48,616 nucleotides of DNA from Acanthaster planci (taxonomy: Eukaryota): positions 524,021 through 572,636 of the forward strand of contig NW_019091359.1 in assembly GCF_001949145.1 (NCBI RefSeq), in the 5' to 3' direction. Made by a program: the position numbers and the translations under genes. Of the stretch, positions 1-13,500 are shown one piece after another (position 1 is the first letter of the stretch; the number at the start of each line of letters is the position of its first letter). Below the pieces are notes generated by a model that saw nothing but the letters and a program-made list of their open reading frames with translations, did no database searches and was not told where the DNA came from.

Positions 1-114
1 ACTGACAAAAGCAACTGGTTTCAGCTATGGTCTTGCCCAATAGTCTCATCTTAGAGGTCATCCATATAGTATATGTGCAAAATAAGGGAAGGGGGGTTGT
101 GACATTAAGTATAC

Positions 115-153
115 CTTGCGTTTGGGCAATTAACGCTGATTGACAAACTTCTT
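115..153 (-). CDS. Candidate 39-nt next exon (E)EVCQSALIAQTQ
   Basis: Acceptor ttttccag and donor AAG|gtatac; open and phase 1-1, matching the end of exon V; no domain motif supports it. Confidence 0.3.
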
Positions 154-615
154 CTGGAAAACTTTTCCAGTTTGCCAAGTTTACTACCAAATATGGAACT
201 GTGTAGGTGTGAACAAAGCTAGAAAACACAGACATTGAATAGTAAATTCACAAAGATAAGATTTAATAAATGAGACAATTCAGATTATCGCAGTGCTGTA
301 ATAAAATAAATATTTAGGACAAAAGAACTCAGCTGTATAATTTGCCCTCAAAAATATATTTTTACAAACAGGTGTTAATCTGAAGTCTTAATTTAGTTTG
401 GTTTATTTATTTTTATCTCGCTTGCATTTATCATCCAATGTCTATGTTTGTTCACAAAGAGTTCAAGTTTTGGTAGTGAGCTTGGTACATGAAAACTACT
501 CAGCAACAACATCTGTGGCCATCCTACAAAGTCAATTTGCAGTGAAAGCTTAAATGAATGAAAAAAGACTGAATAACCATGAACTCTCAAAATAGCCTGT
601 GTGGTATACTCTTAC

Positions 616-1516
616 CAAGTCTATTGAGTCTGTTGTACTCATTTTCTGAGATCAATGACGACACAAGAGCTGACTGATCTGACGCTGGGGTTCCATCAGC
701 TGCAATAACCGTGACATAGGCTACGATGCCAATGCCATCCTGGGCATCCTCCCTAATAGTTGCTATTGGCAAGGTGATGACGTGTCCTTGGAAGTTGCTC
801 AAGTTGGGTGGATTGACGTTGGTGGTGGTGTCATCATCCGCGGCATTAGTGAACACGATGCCTGTGGGTCTCTCTGGTCCATCCAGGACATCGATGACAA
901 ACGTCTTCTCGATGGTGTTCTGTGGAAGGGAGTCGCGGCAGCTTATCCTGATCGAGTGAGATGATGCTGTTTCAAAGTCCAACCCTTCGGAGTAAGCCAC
1001 TTGGAGCTGAATCTCACCTCCAAAGTTGACAATATCGAAACGACCACCAGCATCATCGAGCAATGTGCAGTAAAACCGCTGGTCACTGTCACTGGGATCC
1101 TGGACCTGGATGTTTCCAACAACGGTTCCCACTACTGAGCCTTCCAGGACTGAGGACCCTGTCAGCTGGATGTCCGTAGGGGATAAGTTCACCCCCAGCA
1201 CTGATATTGTGAATGTCTGTACATGAATAAGCAGGGTTACCCCATTCAGGTCTCTCACAACAAATGTCACCTGGACTGAGTGTTCATGTAATGTCCCATT
1301 AGCAACGGCTAGCTTGTTACCACTGGTGATTTGTAGGGCACCCCCAGGGGTCTGTGTTTGGATATTAAATTGGTGTTGCTGCGCACGGTCCTCATCAATG
1401 GCATCTAGAGTGGCTATTACCATCCCAGACGGTGAGTCAGCTGAGAGGGTGCTGATTTGGGTCATTACGATTCCAGTGGGGGGATCATTACCATCCAAGA
1501 CAGTCACAGTTACACC
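616..1516 (-). CDS. Exon V: cadherin repeats 11, 12 and start of 13
   Basis: Acceptor ccctag, donor G|gtaag; phase 0 to 1; DGNDPP, DED, VLEG, LDFE and IRED motifs. Confidence 0.95.
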
Positions 1517-4500
1517 CTAGGGAAACAGCAAAACGGGATATTTTAAAATAAAACAAAAAGAGGAATTGGGTAAGGCACATTTACCTCTTAACCTTAACTC
1601 AACAATTCCTATATATTTCTTTAAAAAAGAATTTTTTTCCAAAACGTTTTGCAATGAATTCACTGACTACAGTAATACACTATGCTGGGACAGGAATGCT
1701 CTTTTCATTCATGGGGTTCTTTTAAAAACAAAATAACTAAAATTACAATGGCTGTATTTGAACAAAGTCATCTTAAGAAGTCAGCATTATTTTTTTCACA
1801 CTGGCTTTGATCCATTTTTGCAATTAATGTAAATGGTTGACTGGAGATCAGACCTTTAATTAACCAGAGCACAGACATTGCATTTAATGTTTCTGACAAC
1901 ACTCTTTGCTGTTAGTATGTTTGGTTTCTTCCTTTGTGCTTACCCGTGACATTGTTATAGGTTTAGATAAGCATGCACAATATGTGGTTAAAAAAAGTAA
2001 ATGATATTGGGTTACAACCCAACGTAAGGAACCCAACGTAAGGAACCCAATTAGTTATACACGGTACTCGCTGCCACATCTGATTCGAACCAGCCAGCCA
2101 ACACCGACAAGCTCGTTGGTCGAGTGGTTATTGACATCTACACTAGTAAGCAGGAGGTCCTGGGTTCGAGTCCCATCCGAGTAAGCTTGTGGTTTTTCAC
2201 AAGCCTTCGGGAGCACACACTGAGTATGCATTGTTAAAAAAAAAACACACGTCGGGCAGGGCAAAAATCCAAAATTAATTTACATCTCCCTGGCGCAAAT
2301 CGATCTTTGAAATAGAACTCAACAGGGTCAAAGGTCATGTAAAATTGACATTTGCAACACACATTTGAACTGCAGTAAGCAAAGGATATCCCCACACACA
2401 CACACATGTGGCCATCATTTCACATAACTTTTATACCGAACTTGAGCCAATTTGGCCCGACAACTTTCTGAACTGTGAACAATAGCATCAACTTTCCTTC
2501 ACATCATAAGCCATGATCCCTTGCACTGCATGGTGGGATACTTCCCCTAGTAACCAGCACAGGGCAGAAGTAATCCAATGTGCTGGATATGCCATGCTGC
2601 AGTGTACTCCTCAGGAAAATAGAATGCTCCATGGATCACTCCTAGGAGGCTATTTTACTACAACACTCACAAAAGTCAATATTTGCATCATAGAGGTTTT
2701 GCATTGCTGGCATCATCATAGTGTCTCACAGGCTGTTTTTGTTATTGCAATTTTGTTACAATGAAAACACAAAAGGTTTACTTCAACCTATCCCAGTGTT
2801 ACAAAACTCCTGCCCTCTACAACACCCCTCCAACTGGTTCTACTTGACTTGCAATAACTGATTAATTTAATCTAACATCATAAGACAGTTATGTTATTTG
2901 AAAGACAGTTGTTGAAAACCTGGTGGCACTTTTCCAAACTACTTCTCCATGAAATGCCCCTGAACCCACCTCTGTATTGCTAGAACTTTGGAATGTGTGC
3001 CACACATACACCTGTATGCATTTACGCACAGGCTCAGTGGTCACCTTGGTTGCTATGGTATACTTCTTTTGGTCGTGAAAAGCAACATAGCAAAAATAGA
3101 CGGTGCCATGTGACTTGCACTTAGCCAATCAAGATACAGAATTGGACATAATTTTTCATAGTTTCTCAAGAGCTTAATGTTGGTGGATGGCTCTAACAGG
3201 ATTGGCATCAATTAAAAAGATTTTGAATTTACACAAGGGAGAGGAGTCTGTAAAACTGTTGAGAATTAAGAGCTGCATTTCGAAAGATACCATCTCAGTC
3301 TCGGGGGACAGAAGCCAATCGAGTCATTTTTTTAAAATTATGTTTCTATGAATTTTATTTTCTAAACGAATCTGCAATTTTTAATTAATCTTCTAGGTCT
3401 CATTCTAACCTCAGTAAAGGACAGCCCATCCGCATCTGTGGTGGTGATCTGTATATCATAGAAACGTCGTCTCTCATAATTCAACTGAATCTGAGCAATC
3501 AACATGTTGCCAACAATTTCAAAGGTGTCTCTGTCTGATACCGTGTAGAGGAATGTGGACTGGTCAACTGTATCCGGATCCAACGTGTTGAGATGGGCAA
3601 TGACAGCACCTGTGAATGAGACGGGACTGCAGAACAATTATCACGGCTGGCCTTTAGACAGTGGTGTAACTAGATGTGAGTAGGTGGGCGGAGAGGCAGG
3701 AGAGAGTACCAAACACCCCGTTTGATACATTGCAATGCGCACAATCTATGGAAAAGTTGCATGTCGGTTGCTTCCAGCGCCCTCTTGAAGAAATGTTAGC
3801 CCCCAGTGCCCTGCAGAAAGTTCACTCTAGTTACATCACTCACCATACAGGAACATGACCTGTGAAAAGGTGTGCTTCATAAAAGTGGATCTGATCAAAA
3901 AGGTAATTTCCAAGTACAACCTAATGATCCACACTGTACTCTTAAATCACAGCTTTGTAGTAATTGTGAAAGGCAATTTTAAAGACAAGTATTTCAGCTC
4001 TAATAACAAATATACATGTTCCCCATAATCTACTTGCATTTCAACTTGTATTGAGTCCATTCAAAAAGTTCGTTCAGACATTATCACAGCTAAATGCAAA
4101 ACATCAACAAAATGTTATTCTCACTGTTTCATTTAATTATCAATTGAATTAAAATTTATTCAAAATTATTCACAAATCACTGAAAATCTTAAAACTGTGA
4201 AATTTTTACACAATTTCTGTAACTTCAAATCATTTTTGGTGAGGGTACTATAAAAAATAGATAGTAATGTTGCAAGCCACAGAAGGTATGAACAGGATGC
4301 AGAGCTGTTTATAAAAACTCTGGATGTGTTCCCCACCTGTATAGTGTTACAGGTTTTAATGACTGCATGCAACACCCCTGAACAAAAATATTGACAAATG
4401 GGCAGAATAGCTCAGTTGGCAGAGCCCCAGTAACTTGGAACAAACAATGAACAAGCAAGCACCAAGACCAGTCTACGTACCTGCTTCATTATTCTCCATT

Positions 4501-7500
4501 ATCTCATAGACTCCAGTTGCAGATTGAATGTCATAAGGCTGCTCTGCGACATCCCTCACCGTAATTTCAAAGTGTCGGCTGACAGAAAGCGATCCGTCAT
4601 CGCTACATTCCACAACAACAGTTGGCATCTTGCCACTAGCTGCAAAGATCTCATAATCAAGCCTCTGGCTCTGAAGCACCTGTTGGATGACAACGAGCAG
4701 AGCAACATGGTGTTCAAGTGACCGGGGTTACTCAAAGAAGGTCTCCCCTTGTCAACCAACAAGCCTTGCAGGGATTAGGATCTCTGCCAAACCTGTAATC
4801 CTATTTCTTGCTGACATAGAGAGATGGAAAGAGGTACTCCTGGAAGTATGCACAATACTTTGAATAACATAGTAAATTAAACAGAGTGGAATTCACTGTT
4901 AACCAATATTTCCTGTTAAGTCATCATGTCTAGCAAGTTTTGAATGCAGTTCCTCTATAATTGCAGAGGACTGGTAACGGTCGCTGTATATCTGCTCCTT
5001 CAATAAGGAGACATGCTTTTACTTAGAAACAACCCCTCTTTGGTGAGGAAACAACACATGAGCATAAAAATTTGTGCCCTTGTATTGCAAGCAGCACTGA
5101 GCTTGTGCAACCCAATTTGTCTTGAATTTGTGGTCTTGGTGTGTGCACCACGTGCCAACTTGAAATCTGCCCCATGAGCCTGTCTCCTCTGTGCCAATGA
5201 AGGGGTACATCTGGTAAGACAAGACAGCATGACACATCTAGACAGTTTAATGATACAGTGTCCTTCAAAATGTGACTTTTCAAGAACAGTATACCCTACT
5301 CCTTACATCTGTTCAAGCTACATATTTCATCTAAATATTCCAAATGGCAAACACCATGCAGTATTATTATCAACAACTTTGAAGGAAAGGACATGTTGAC
5401 AGTTCATAAGCAGTTGATCACAGCAAGGATTAAAAAAACTTCATTCAAATAATTAGATTAAGCTTTGGCATCACAATTATTTATGTTACCTCTATGTCAA
5501 ATCCATTTAGTCGAAACAGTCCCTGAGCACTGTCCTGCAATGAGCATATGAAATGCTGCTGTGTACGCGGAGTGTCCGGATCAATCACCGACAGAGTGCC
5601 GATGACCGTACCCTGGGCACGATTCTCATCAATTGCAGCTTGGCTGATTAGAATGTCTGTGGGAGCTTCGTTGATATTGAGGACCTGGATGATGTACTCT
5701 GGTGACTCAGAGACCTGAGCTAATGCATGAGGATCACGGGCAGCCAGAACTAGGGACAAGGAAGTCTCCATCTCAAAATCAACGGCTCGTCTTGTGACAA
5801 CACGCTTGGAATTGAGGGTAGCTCCATCTTGCAACTAGGGCACAAATTCCACAAGGCAGTTCTATTTCATTCATTTTTTTTCCTTTATGTAATTAAGATT
5901 CATCATCTCACCTTAACCCTAAAAGAGCAGGGGGGTCTGTCCCCTTAAGATTTTTTCTAATATCTCCCAAGGGCATTTTGGGCAGGAACTGAGCCTTGAG
6001 AAATTTTTAGAGTAACTCTTTGCGGTAATTTTGACACTAAATTTGTGAAAATTAAACTGACTGTTCTTGTGCAGCGCCCAATTTTCTGAGACAGATCAGC
6101 CACAAATGTATACTTTTTACACTGTGGTGCTTAATGCCCCAAGGCTTGTGTAGCCTTGAACTTCAAATGATCGTAACAACATAATGATGTCTGATTGGGT
6201 TCAAACTTCACTCTTGTAATCATGAGGAGTATCTTTACATGCATGCCAAAGTTTAAATGGGACATAAAAATGTCACGCTTTTGGACCTCAAATTTATTAA
6301 ATGACCCACCAGCTACACACTGTCCCAAAATTAAAGAGAAACATCCAAATTTGGGAAAACAGCACATGCTTCATGGGAATCAGTGGCACCTTTGCAGGGC
6401 CTCCGATTTGTAAGTAGGCCCCTTTCTTTTGGTAGGCCCTAAGAGTAGTGTTTGCTGTGCTTGTTGGCTAATCTGGCCCTAGGTAAATGAAGTGCCTTTA
6501 TCAAGATCATTGTTTAGAATGCACTTTTCTCATCTACTCCAAACTGATCTGAGCCACAAATAAAATGCATGAACCCATGAAAAAGTCTTGTGGTAACTGC
6601 CTCATGCATGACAATCTTGTACCCACCTAAGCAAAAATATAAATTGGCAGTTGATACTGAATTAGGCTTGTTGGAATTGAAGGGTAGCTGCAATCAATTT
6701 TTTTTAATACACACCTTCAAAATGCTCTTCAAAATGTCTTACTTAGCCTTATTTCACCTTTTGTTTCACTATTTCAAAGGGTATTTTACTGCCTTTTGGT
6801 TTTTATTCTCATGAGTATGTCCCTATTCATGAGAAAAACTGTGACGTCATCCCAGGAAGAAGCCTCAATGTTACACTCGTTTGTACACAACAAAGTCAAG
6901 CATGTTTTTATATTCTGCTGGACTCAGTTTTCTCGTCTTTGCTGATTTACTGTTGTTTAAGCGCCTAGCAATATGAAAGCATCAATTCCTTTCTCTGAAA
7001 TGTTTTCGGTAAGTAAATCCTGGGTTCACAACTTGAGCAGAATAGCCTATGCATGAACTATGTCTTCCCTAGATGACTTCACAGCAACAGCGCCCACAGT
7101 TGTTGAGGGAAACATGGATTAAGCGTTTTAATTGGTTTAAAAAAGTGCACTTTCAATGCATTTAACAAAATAGGAATGTAAAAGACTTTTCCTACACTGG
7201 AAAAGAATATATAGTTGAGAAAAAAAATTGAGTCTAAGAAAAATTCATTGCAGCTACACTTTAAAGTGTATGAGGTACAGTGATAAAGAAAAAAACTATG
7301 ACATACATCAAAGGCACTGGAGGGATCATTTAATATCTGGAAGGTGACAGTATCTCCTTCATCTGGATCAATGGCTGAAACTATCCCTACCAGGGCACCC
7401 TGCTGATTCTCATGAACAGGGCTGTAGTGAAATGTCAAGCTACCAGGTGGTTCGTTCACATCCAATACCTGATGCAAAAAGGGGGGCAAAGTGAAAAGAT

Positions 7501-10500
7501 ATGAGTGTTAACATCATGACCGAGTTTGTGACATTCATCAAACTGTATGCAGGTCTATCTACATTCTTCGTTAATGAATTGCATCCACTCCATTCAATGG
7601 CAAGCAGTCAAATGTAAAATGATTCAGACTTCATTCCTATCATCTAACATTTATAAGAGCTTAACAATAGACCTGACACATATCGACATGCATCACACTT
7701 TGTTCAGGGGGGACAATGGATTGTGTCCCACATCACTGCCTTTAGGAAAGTGCACCTGTATACAAAGCCTGGCATCATGCCTAAAATTTGAACTGAAATT
7801 TTTGAACGACAAAAATGAGCCTTGTTTCAATACTGTAGACAATGGAGAGGTTTTGTATACCTATTGTTGTTTCTGTAGCCATTCTTGGTCATTGCTTTAT
7901 GTTGGTCCAAAATGGAAGCCTCTAAAGAAAGCATCATATTACAAAGCTAATCTTGCTTCAAACACGAAAATGACAAATGCATTCCCTGTCACTAAGGGGG
8001 GGGGCTGGAGGGACATTCATCCTTTTTAACTAAGTAATGTATAACAGACTAAATGGGATAGGCGTTAACAGTTGACACAATTTGCCAAATCCTTTACACT
8101 GACATGCAGCACGCCAGTTATGAATGTGCACAATTTTTGTCCTTACAACTCGGTCTAAACTTTCTTGACTTCCCTAACCAAAGAAACAGTCCCCTGAATG
8201 TGGTGAAGGCCTACCCCACAGACTGGCACCATAGCTGTGGAGATTACCAGACGTAGAACAATAGTTACTGTGAGGACTAATATGTTATGGTGATAAGTTT
8301 ATGTCCTCCATACTGACTATCGTAACAACAGAAACTGTTCCTCATAGCAGGACTAGCTGATGATATGTACAGCATTTCTCTCAACTAAATATGGCTATCC
8401 GCCATTCGTGGCTGAGCTCAGCTTTTGTATGTATACTGGGATTGATCTTTTATTAATCAAATCATACATAATTCAGTCACTTTGCGGCTAGAAGCTTGTC
8501 AAAATCAACAATTATTTCAGAGTTTCAAAATGAAGTAGCAAGTGGCATATTCATTAAGTGCATACGTATTGCAATTAGCTAGTTTCCCATACTTTCCCAA
8601 CACCACAGAAGCTAATGATCTGTAACTGTGTATGTTTGCAGGCAAAAATTACTCTCTGGGTATAAGCACTCAAGTTTTGCAAATGTTTCCTCACCTATCC
8701 TCTATAACCCCTTATGACAACAAAGGAACTTTCTGCACAAATAATTTTTCCCAGTATAAAGCACGACAGTAAAAATCTCCCTGGACTTATTTTTACCGTT
8801 ATGAGGAATGTCTTGACAGCACTATTTTCACCCGTCTCAGCTCTGATAATGACGTAGTGCATAGATGCCTCTTCAAAGTCCAGTGGTTGGGTCGTCCTGA
8901 GCTCTGGCGGATTCCCTCCTACCCCCGGCTGGATTGAGAACAGCCGGGAGGCCCCGCCCACAATGGTAAAATTGAACAGACTGGTTGGCATGATTTCGGC
9001 ACTCAGTGTTCCTAAAATGAGTTTGCAAAATATTGGACAAAACTTTCATCATTGCCTCGTCATGTGCTGAGTATGCATGAAAATAGACATCTGGTTGCAA
9101 GTGATCTCAAATACCTGCTTTAGAGATAGAAAATATGTCCAATTTGCACAAAACACGACCACCACTGCAATGAAAAGCCCAACAGTTTTTTTTTAACCAG
9201 ATCACAGACAGTGGACTGTCAGGACAGACATGGAGTCAGAATTACTTTTTCAAATATAGTTTTAATAGTGTTCATTTACTGGTAATTTATGTTCTGTGTG
9301 AAAATCCCATATTGGCATGAGACCATGAGAGTGAGCTGACAAGCATGGGTCTCATTCTCAATGTGTAGGAGTTGGCAGCCCTGCAATGTGTCAGTGCGTC
9401 ATGTCAAATCCATTCTACCAAGAGCCCTTTTATCAAGGTGTCACTGTAGGTCCATGTGTTTGAAAAACAGTATGTTTTCTGAGTGTGGCATCGTTTGAGT
9501 GTAGAGATTATGTACAGTAGCCATCTTCCCAGTCAGTGCTTTTGTTATGGGGGACATGCACAAATGGTCTACTCAAGTGTATCCCTACAGAACAAAAACA
9601 CTGACCACAAAGATGGCTGCTGTGCATTATTATGCACATTTAACACCAACTGGCTCCCTCCATCATCTGCTGCCATATGGGGATTCATGATCATTGCTCA
9701 TCTATTTTTTGAGGAGTTATGTGAGAATACCAGGCAAATGAAAATTATGTGAGAATACCAGGCAAATGAAAATCCACTTCAAATATTACACACAGCATAG
9801 CTTTGGATTTTCTGTCCACTTCTACAGTAAGAAAGCTTTTGATGAGGCAAAAACGGTAATGTAAGTAAAGATTTACATCACAAATTGCCCTTATCTATTA
9901 GCAAAGAAGTTAGAATTGAGAAACGTACCGACAAGGGTGTTGGCAGGTTGCTGCTCACTGATGCTAGAATGACTTAAGGAAATGTTGATGGCTGAACCAC
10001 TCCCTCCACTGGCACTATCACGGTACACAGTGATGACAAATGTGGCAGGTGTCATGAGTTCGGCAGCACCATCTGAACACTGGACTTCAATGGCAAACTG
10101 GTTACCTGCCAACGCACTCAGATCCTGCTGGACCTAATCATGGTCGAAGAAAAGGGAACCAGTAAAAAACTTTTAGGATGGAAAAAGACACTAAGACACG
10201 TACAAGTGATAACCTGTTCACTAGGTACATATTCATGCAAAATGCTGAACAAGAGCGAAGTACATGCAGAACTGTTCTCAAACCTGAAACCAACGTGTCA
10301 TTTTAAAACTTTTTTTGCATACCCAATATCCAATGGTACGTTGTTTCTGAATGCTGACAATGTTTGTACGAGTGAACATGGCCATGACCTCATATCACAG
10401 CAGTATAATATTACAACAATACTCCTGTTGAATTGCTTTAACTTAATAGGGAGCAACCCAAATCTTTGAATGCTTTTGGACGCTTGCTTTTAGTATTAAG

Positions 10501-13500
10501 AGAAATGCTGTCTGTGTTTTCCAAGCCAGAAAGAGCTATTTCTTGTAAAGAACAAGAAAATGCAATTTCTCACTAGAAACCCAGACTGTGTTGTCATAAA
10601 AACGTCCGCAGTTATGCAGCTTGCCCAGGTTGACTTTGGTGAACACAACAACAATTGAACTACAAGAGCCTGGCTGATGAAATACTCATGAAATGCCTTC
10701 ATTTGACACTGACTTGACCAAATGTAAAATGCTCATCCACTTAAAGAGTTTGCTACTAGAAGCCTGTTTCCTTGTGTTGCTTGTAATTTGCATGGACCAA
10801 AACATCAGATTAGAGTAACAGCCATAAAATCATTTTGACAAATTAGAATACAATTTGGCCCCAAAGCAAAGTTGAAGCTTGAGGTCACTGTAATAGCAAA
10901 TTGATTCTTTTCTGCGATGCATGAGACACAATCCCAGGCTAAAAGAGCTACCACTTCACCCAGGGGCACATGTCCTGCCTGCTCCAGGTCAGTGGAAGAA
11001 AATTGTTGGGGCTTGTCTACGGCAAGGAATTAACTAGGGTTGATATCTTGAATGTTCCAAGATATGCAATGTACATTCCCCAATGTTCCACAGTCCTAAT
11101 GTTTCCATTGCAAAATCAAGGTAACCTTACCCGTAATTCATTGCCAACAATGGCAAACATGTTTTCTGTGTTATTAACCAGGCTGAAGGTGTGTGTGTCT
11201 GTAGCGTCTTCATCAATACATTGTAGCACCGCTGCACTTTGTCCAATGGCAGTGCTGGCCCCAACAAAGGTTCTTGAGATCTCCACTCTGGTTGGTGGGT
11301 CATTCTCATTGATTATCTAAATAGATGAATATTCATAATGAAAAAAGAATGATTAGTATGTCTTTAGAAGGAAACCAATTCTCATAGTTGTGTGCTGCAC
11401 ATGTAGACCAGAACTTGGTCTCAGCGGAATATAAAAATTAACCCAACTTTTATGCTTAATATTTCCCCAAAAGCCATGCAAAACTCTACATATATGTAAC
11501 TTTTATCCCTCTATCAAATTTTTTCAAAGTCATCGGATAATGAGCTTTACAATGAGTACATTACAAAACAGCTGCCAAACATCATGATTAGCATCTAACC
11601 AATATCGGTTATCCAATACACTCATTTAACACTTTTTTTGTTCAGAATTACCACTCTAGCAGCATGTGAAAAGCCTTTGGGTGCCTTATTGGGTATAAAT
11701 ATTGTAACATCTCTCTTGGGGGTAGGGAGTCGTTATCATAAAGACTGAGAGTAATTGGACTGACTTATACACACACTACTGTTTTATTCCGAAGAATCAT
11801 TTATATCTTCTCCATGTTTACAATGAGCAACTGCTACTAGTGTGGCTGGATACTACTCGAATACTGCTCGTCCAAATCTGAGCCATTTATTTGGGAGTGA
11901 TAGAAAGGTTGTTCATATCGGAGCTATACACTCAAGAATGGTCAGGGAGTTGTTTCTCCAAAGCTGCCCGCTCGGGAATGATCTATGCTGACCGCTGGAG
12001 CTGGTGGGCTTATTTTGACATTTGGGGCCACGTCTTAGCCAATGGGAGCACTGGATTGGGGTGGTTATGAATAATTCATACATGTAGAAAGTCTATGGAA
12101 GAAAAGTCTACGGGGATTTTGTACACTTGGTCTTCGCTGACTTAGTTTCTGGAGAGCGATAAGGTCCGAGAAGTTTGGGAGCGGGAGGGTGGAAGGCTGT
12201 TTGTGGGTGAGCTACAGGGGACTTGGTCAACGAGGGAAAGGAAAGGGTGAGCCTTTCTCGGTACATTGGGTTGTGTACAACATTTAGTCTCTGGATGGCT
12301 AGGAAATCTACACGTAATTCTTACTGGGTAAAACTGAGGGTGAGCAGAGGTAATTGACCTCGCTGTGCAGTGACTGGACACAGGCTTTCGGTGTGTGGTT
12401 TTGCGGGACACATACGGTATGAGTTGGGGGTCTGTGTGGGTCGAATGTACACGTTATATGTACGACTGAAAGTAGGATCGACTCTGAGGAGGATTTGGGG
12501 GAAAATGACAAAGTTGAAAGTGTGCTTCGGAGTTGCGGTTCATGGGCATGCTGCAGCATAGAGCAACGGGGTCGCGCGTGGAATGCAATGCGCTGTGTAC
12601 GATCCGTATAATTTACATGTAGATGGTCATTGCGTGCTCGCTGTGGGGTAAGTAGTGTGTGTAGTAGCGTGTTCACTATAGTCTACATGCATAAAGGGGA
12701 ACAGTTAGTGGGAGCGTAACAATATAAAGATTATGCTGGCTTGTTTGCTAACATGATGGGCCTACTCTAAAACCCCTAGCTAATCCTGAAACAATGTTGT
12801 ATGTATGATTATCAGCACAAGGAATGAGACCTTAACAGTGAATTGTGATGTAGAGGTTAATCTCCCGGGATCTTCTGCCACTACGAAAACGGAGTGCACT
12901 TCACCAACCAGCGGAGACTCAAAGTTCAGGCCTTGTTGCCCTACTTTCAGGGCACCGCTCTGATCTGAAATGAAAGAGATAATGGGAGACACTCAATTAT
13001 CTGTGATCCAGGTTGGATATATTGAGTGCAAGTGCAAATACGTATAGGATCCAATCACAAGGTGTCCATACATCACATGACCACACACTTTCCCTGATAT
13101 GGGCCATAATAGTAAGGAAAGCATTTGGTTGGCAAGTGTTCATTCTATTTTGCTAACTGGACAAGGAGGCTTATTTCACATTTCACAATGGTGAATTCTT
13201 ATTCAAATTGCATAAATGCCACCATTTGGGCTTAGTGTGGTTGTCAATGTTGTCTCGTGCAGTATTGGGGGCTGGCTCCATGTGCACTTTTTGCCGATTA
13301 TCATAGTGTTGAACGTTTGCCTAACATAACATTACTGTGTGTGGCTACGTGGTCTTTGCCTACCAATGGTGGACACAGGTCAGGTCACATGGTCAGTTAG
13401 AGTGACCGGTACATCAAACTCTATGAATACAGCAGAAGCAGTGGCTACATAAGTCAGCATTTAACATCCAATGAACTTGGTCAAATCACTACCAAAAAAA

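Noticed and set aside
393..522. Possible terminal exon after exon V (acceptor ctttgtag; GWPQMLL..KPN-stop)
   Set aside because: No cadherin or TM features, and it would leave repeat 13 incomplete; needs transcript support
2111..2183. Functional tRNA-Thr gene
   Set aside because: Mismatches in the acceptor and anticodon stems; recorded as tRNA-derived instead
4400..4430. tRNA gene (TAGCTCAGTTGGCAGAGC A-box / D-arm)
   Set aside because: No anticodon arm or B-box follows; at most a short SINE-head remnant
7547..8029. 160-aa plus-strand ORF (also 19243-19719 and 39145-39576)
   Set aside because: Intronic or intergenic, with no recognisable domain or splice support
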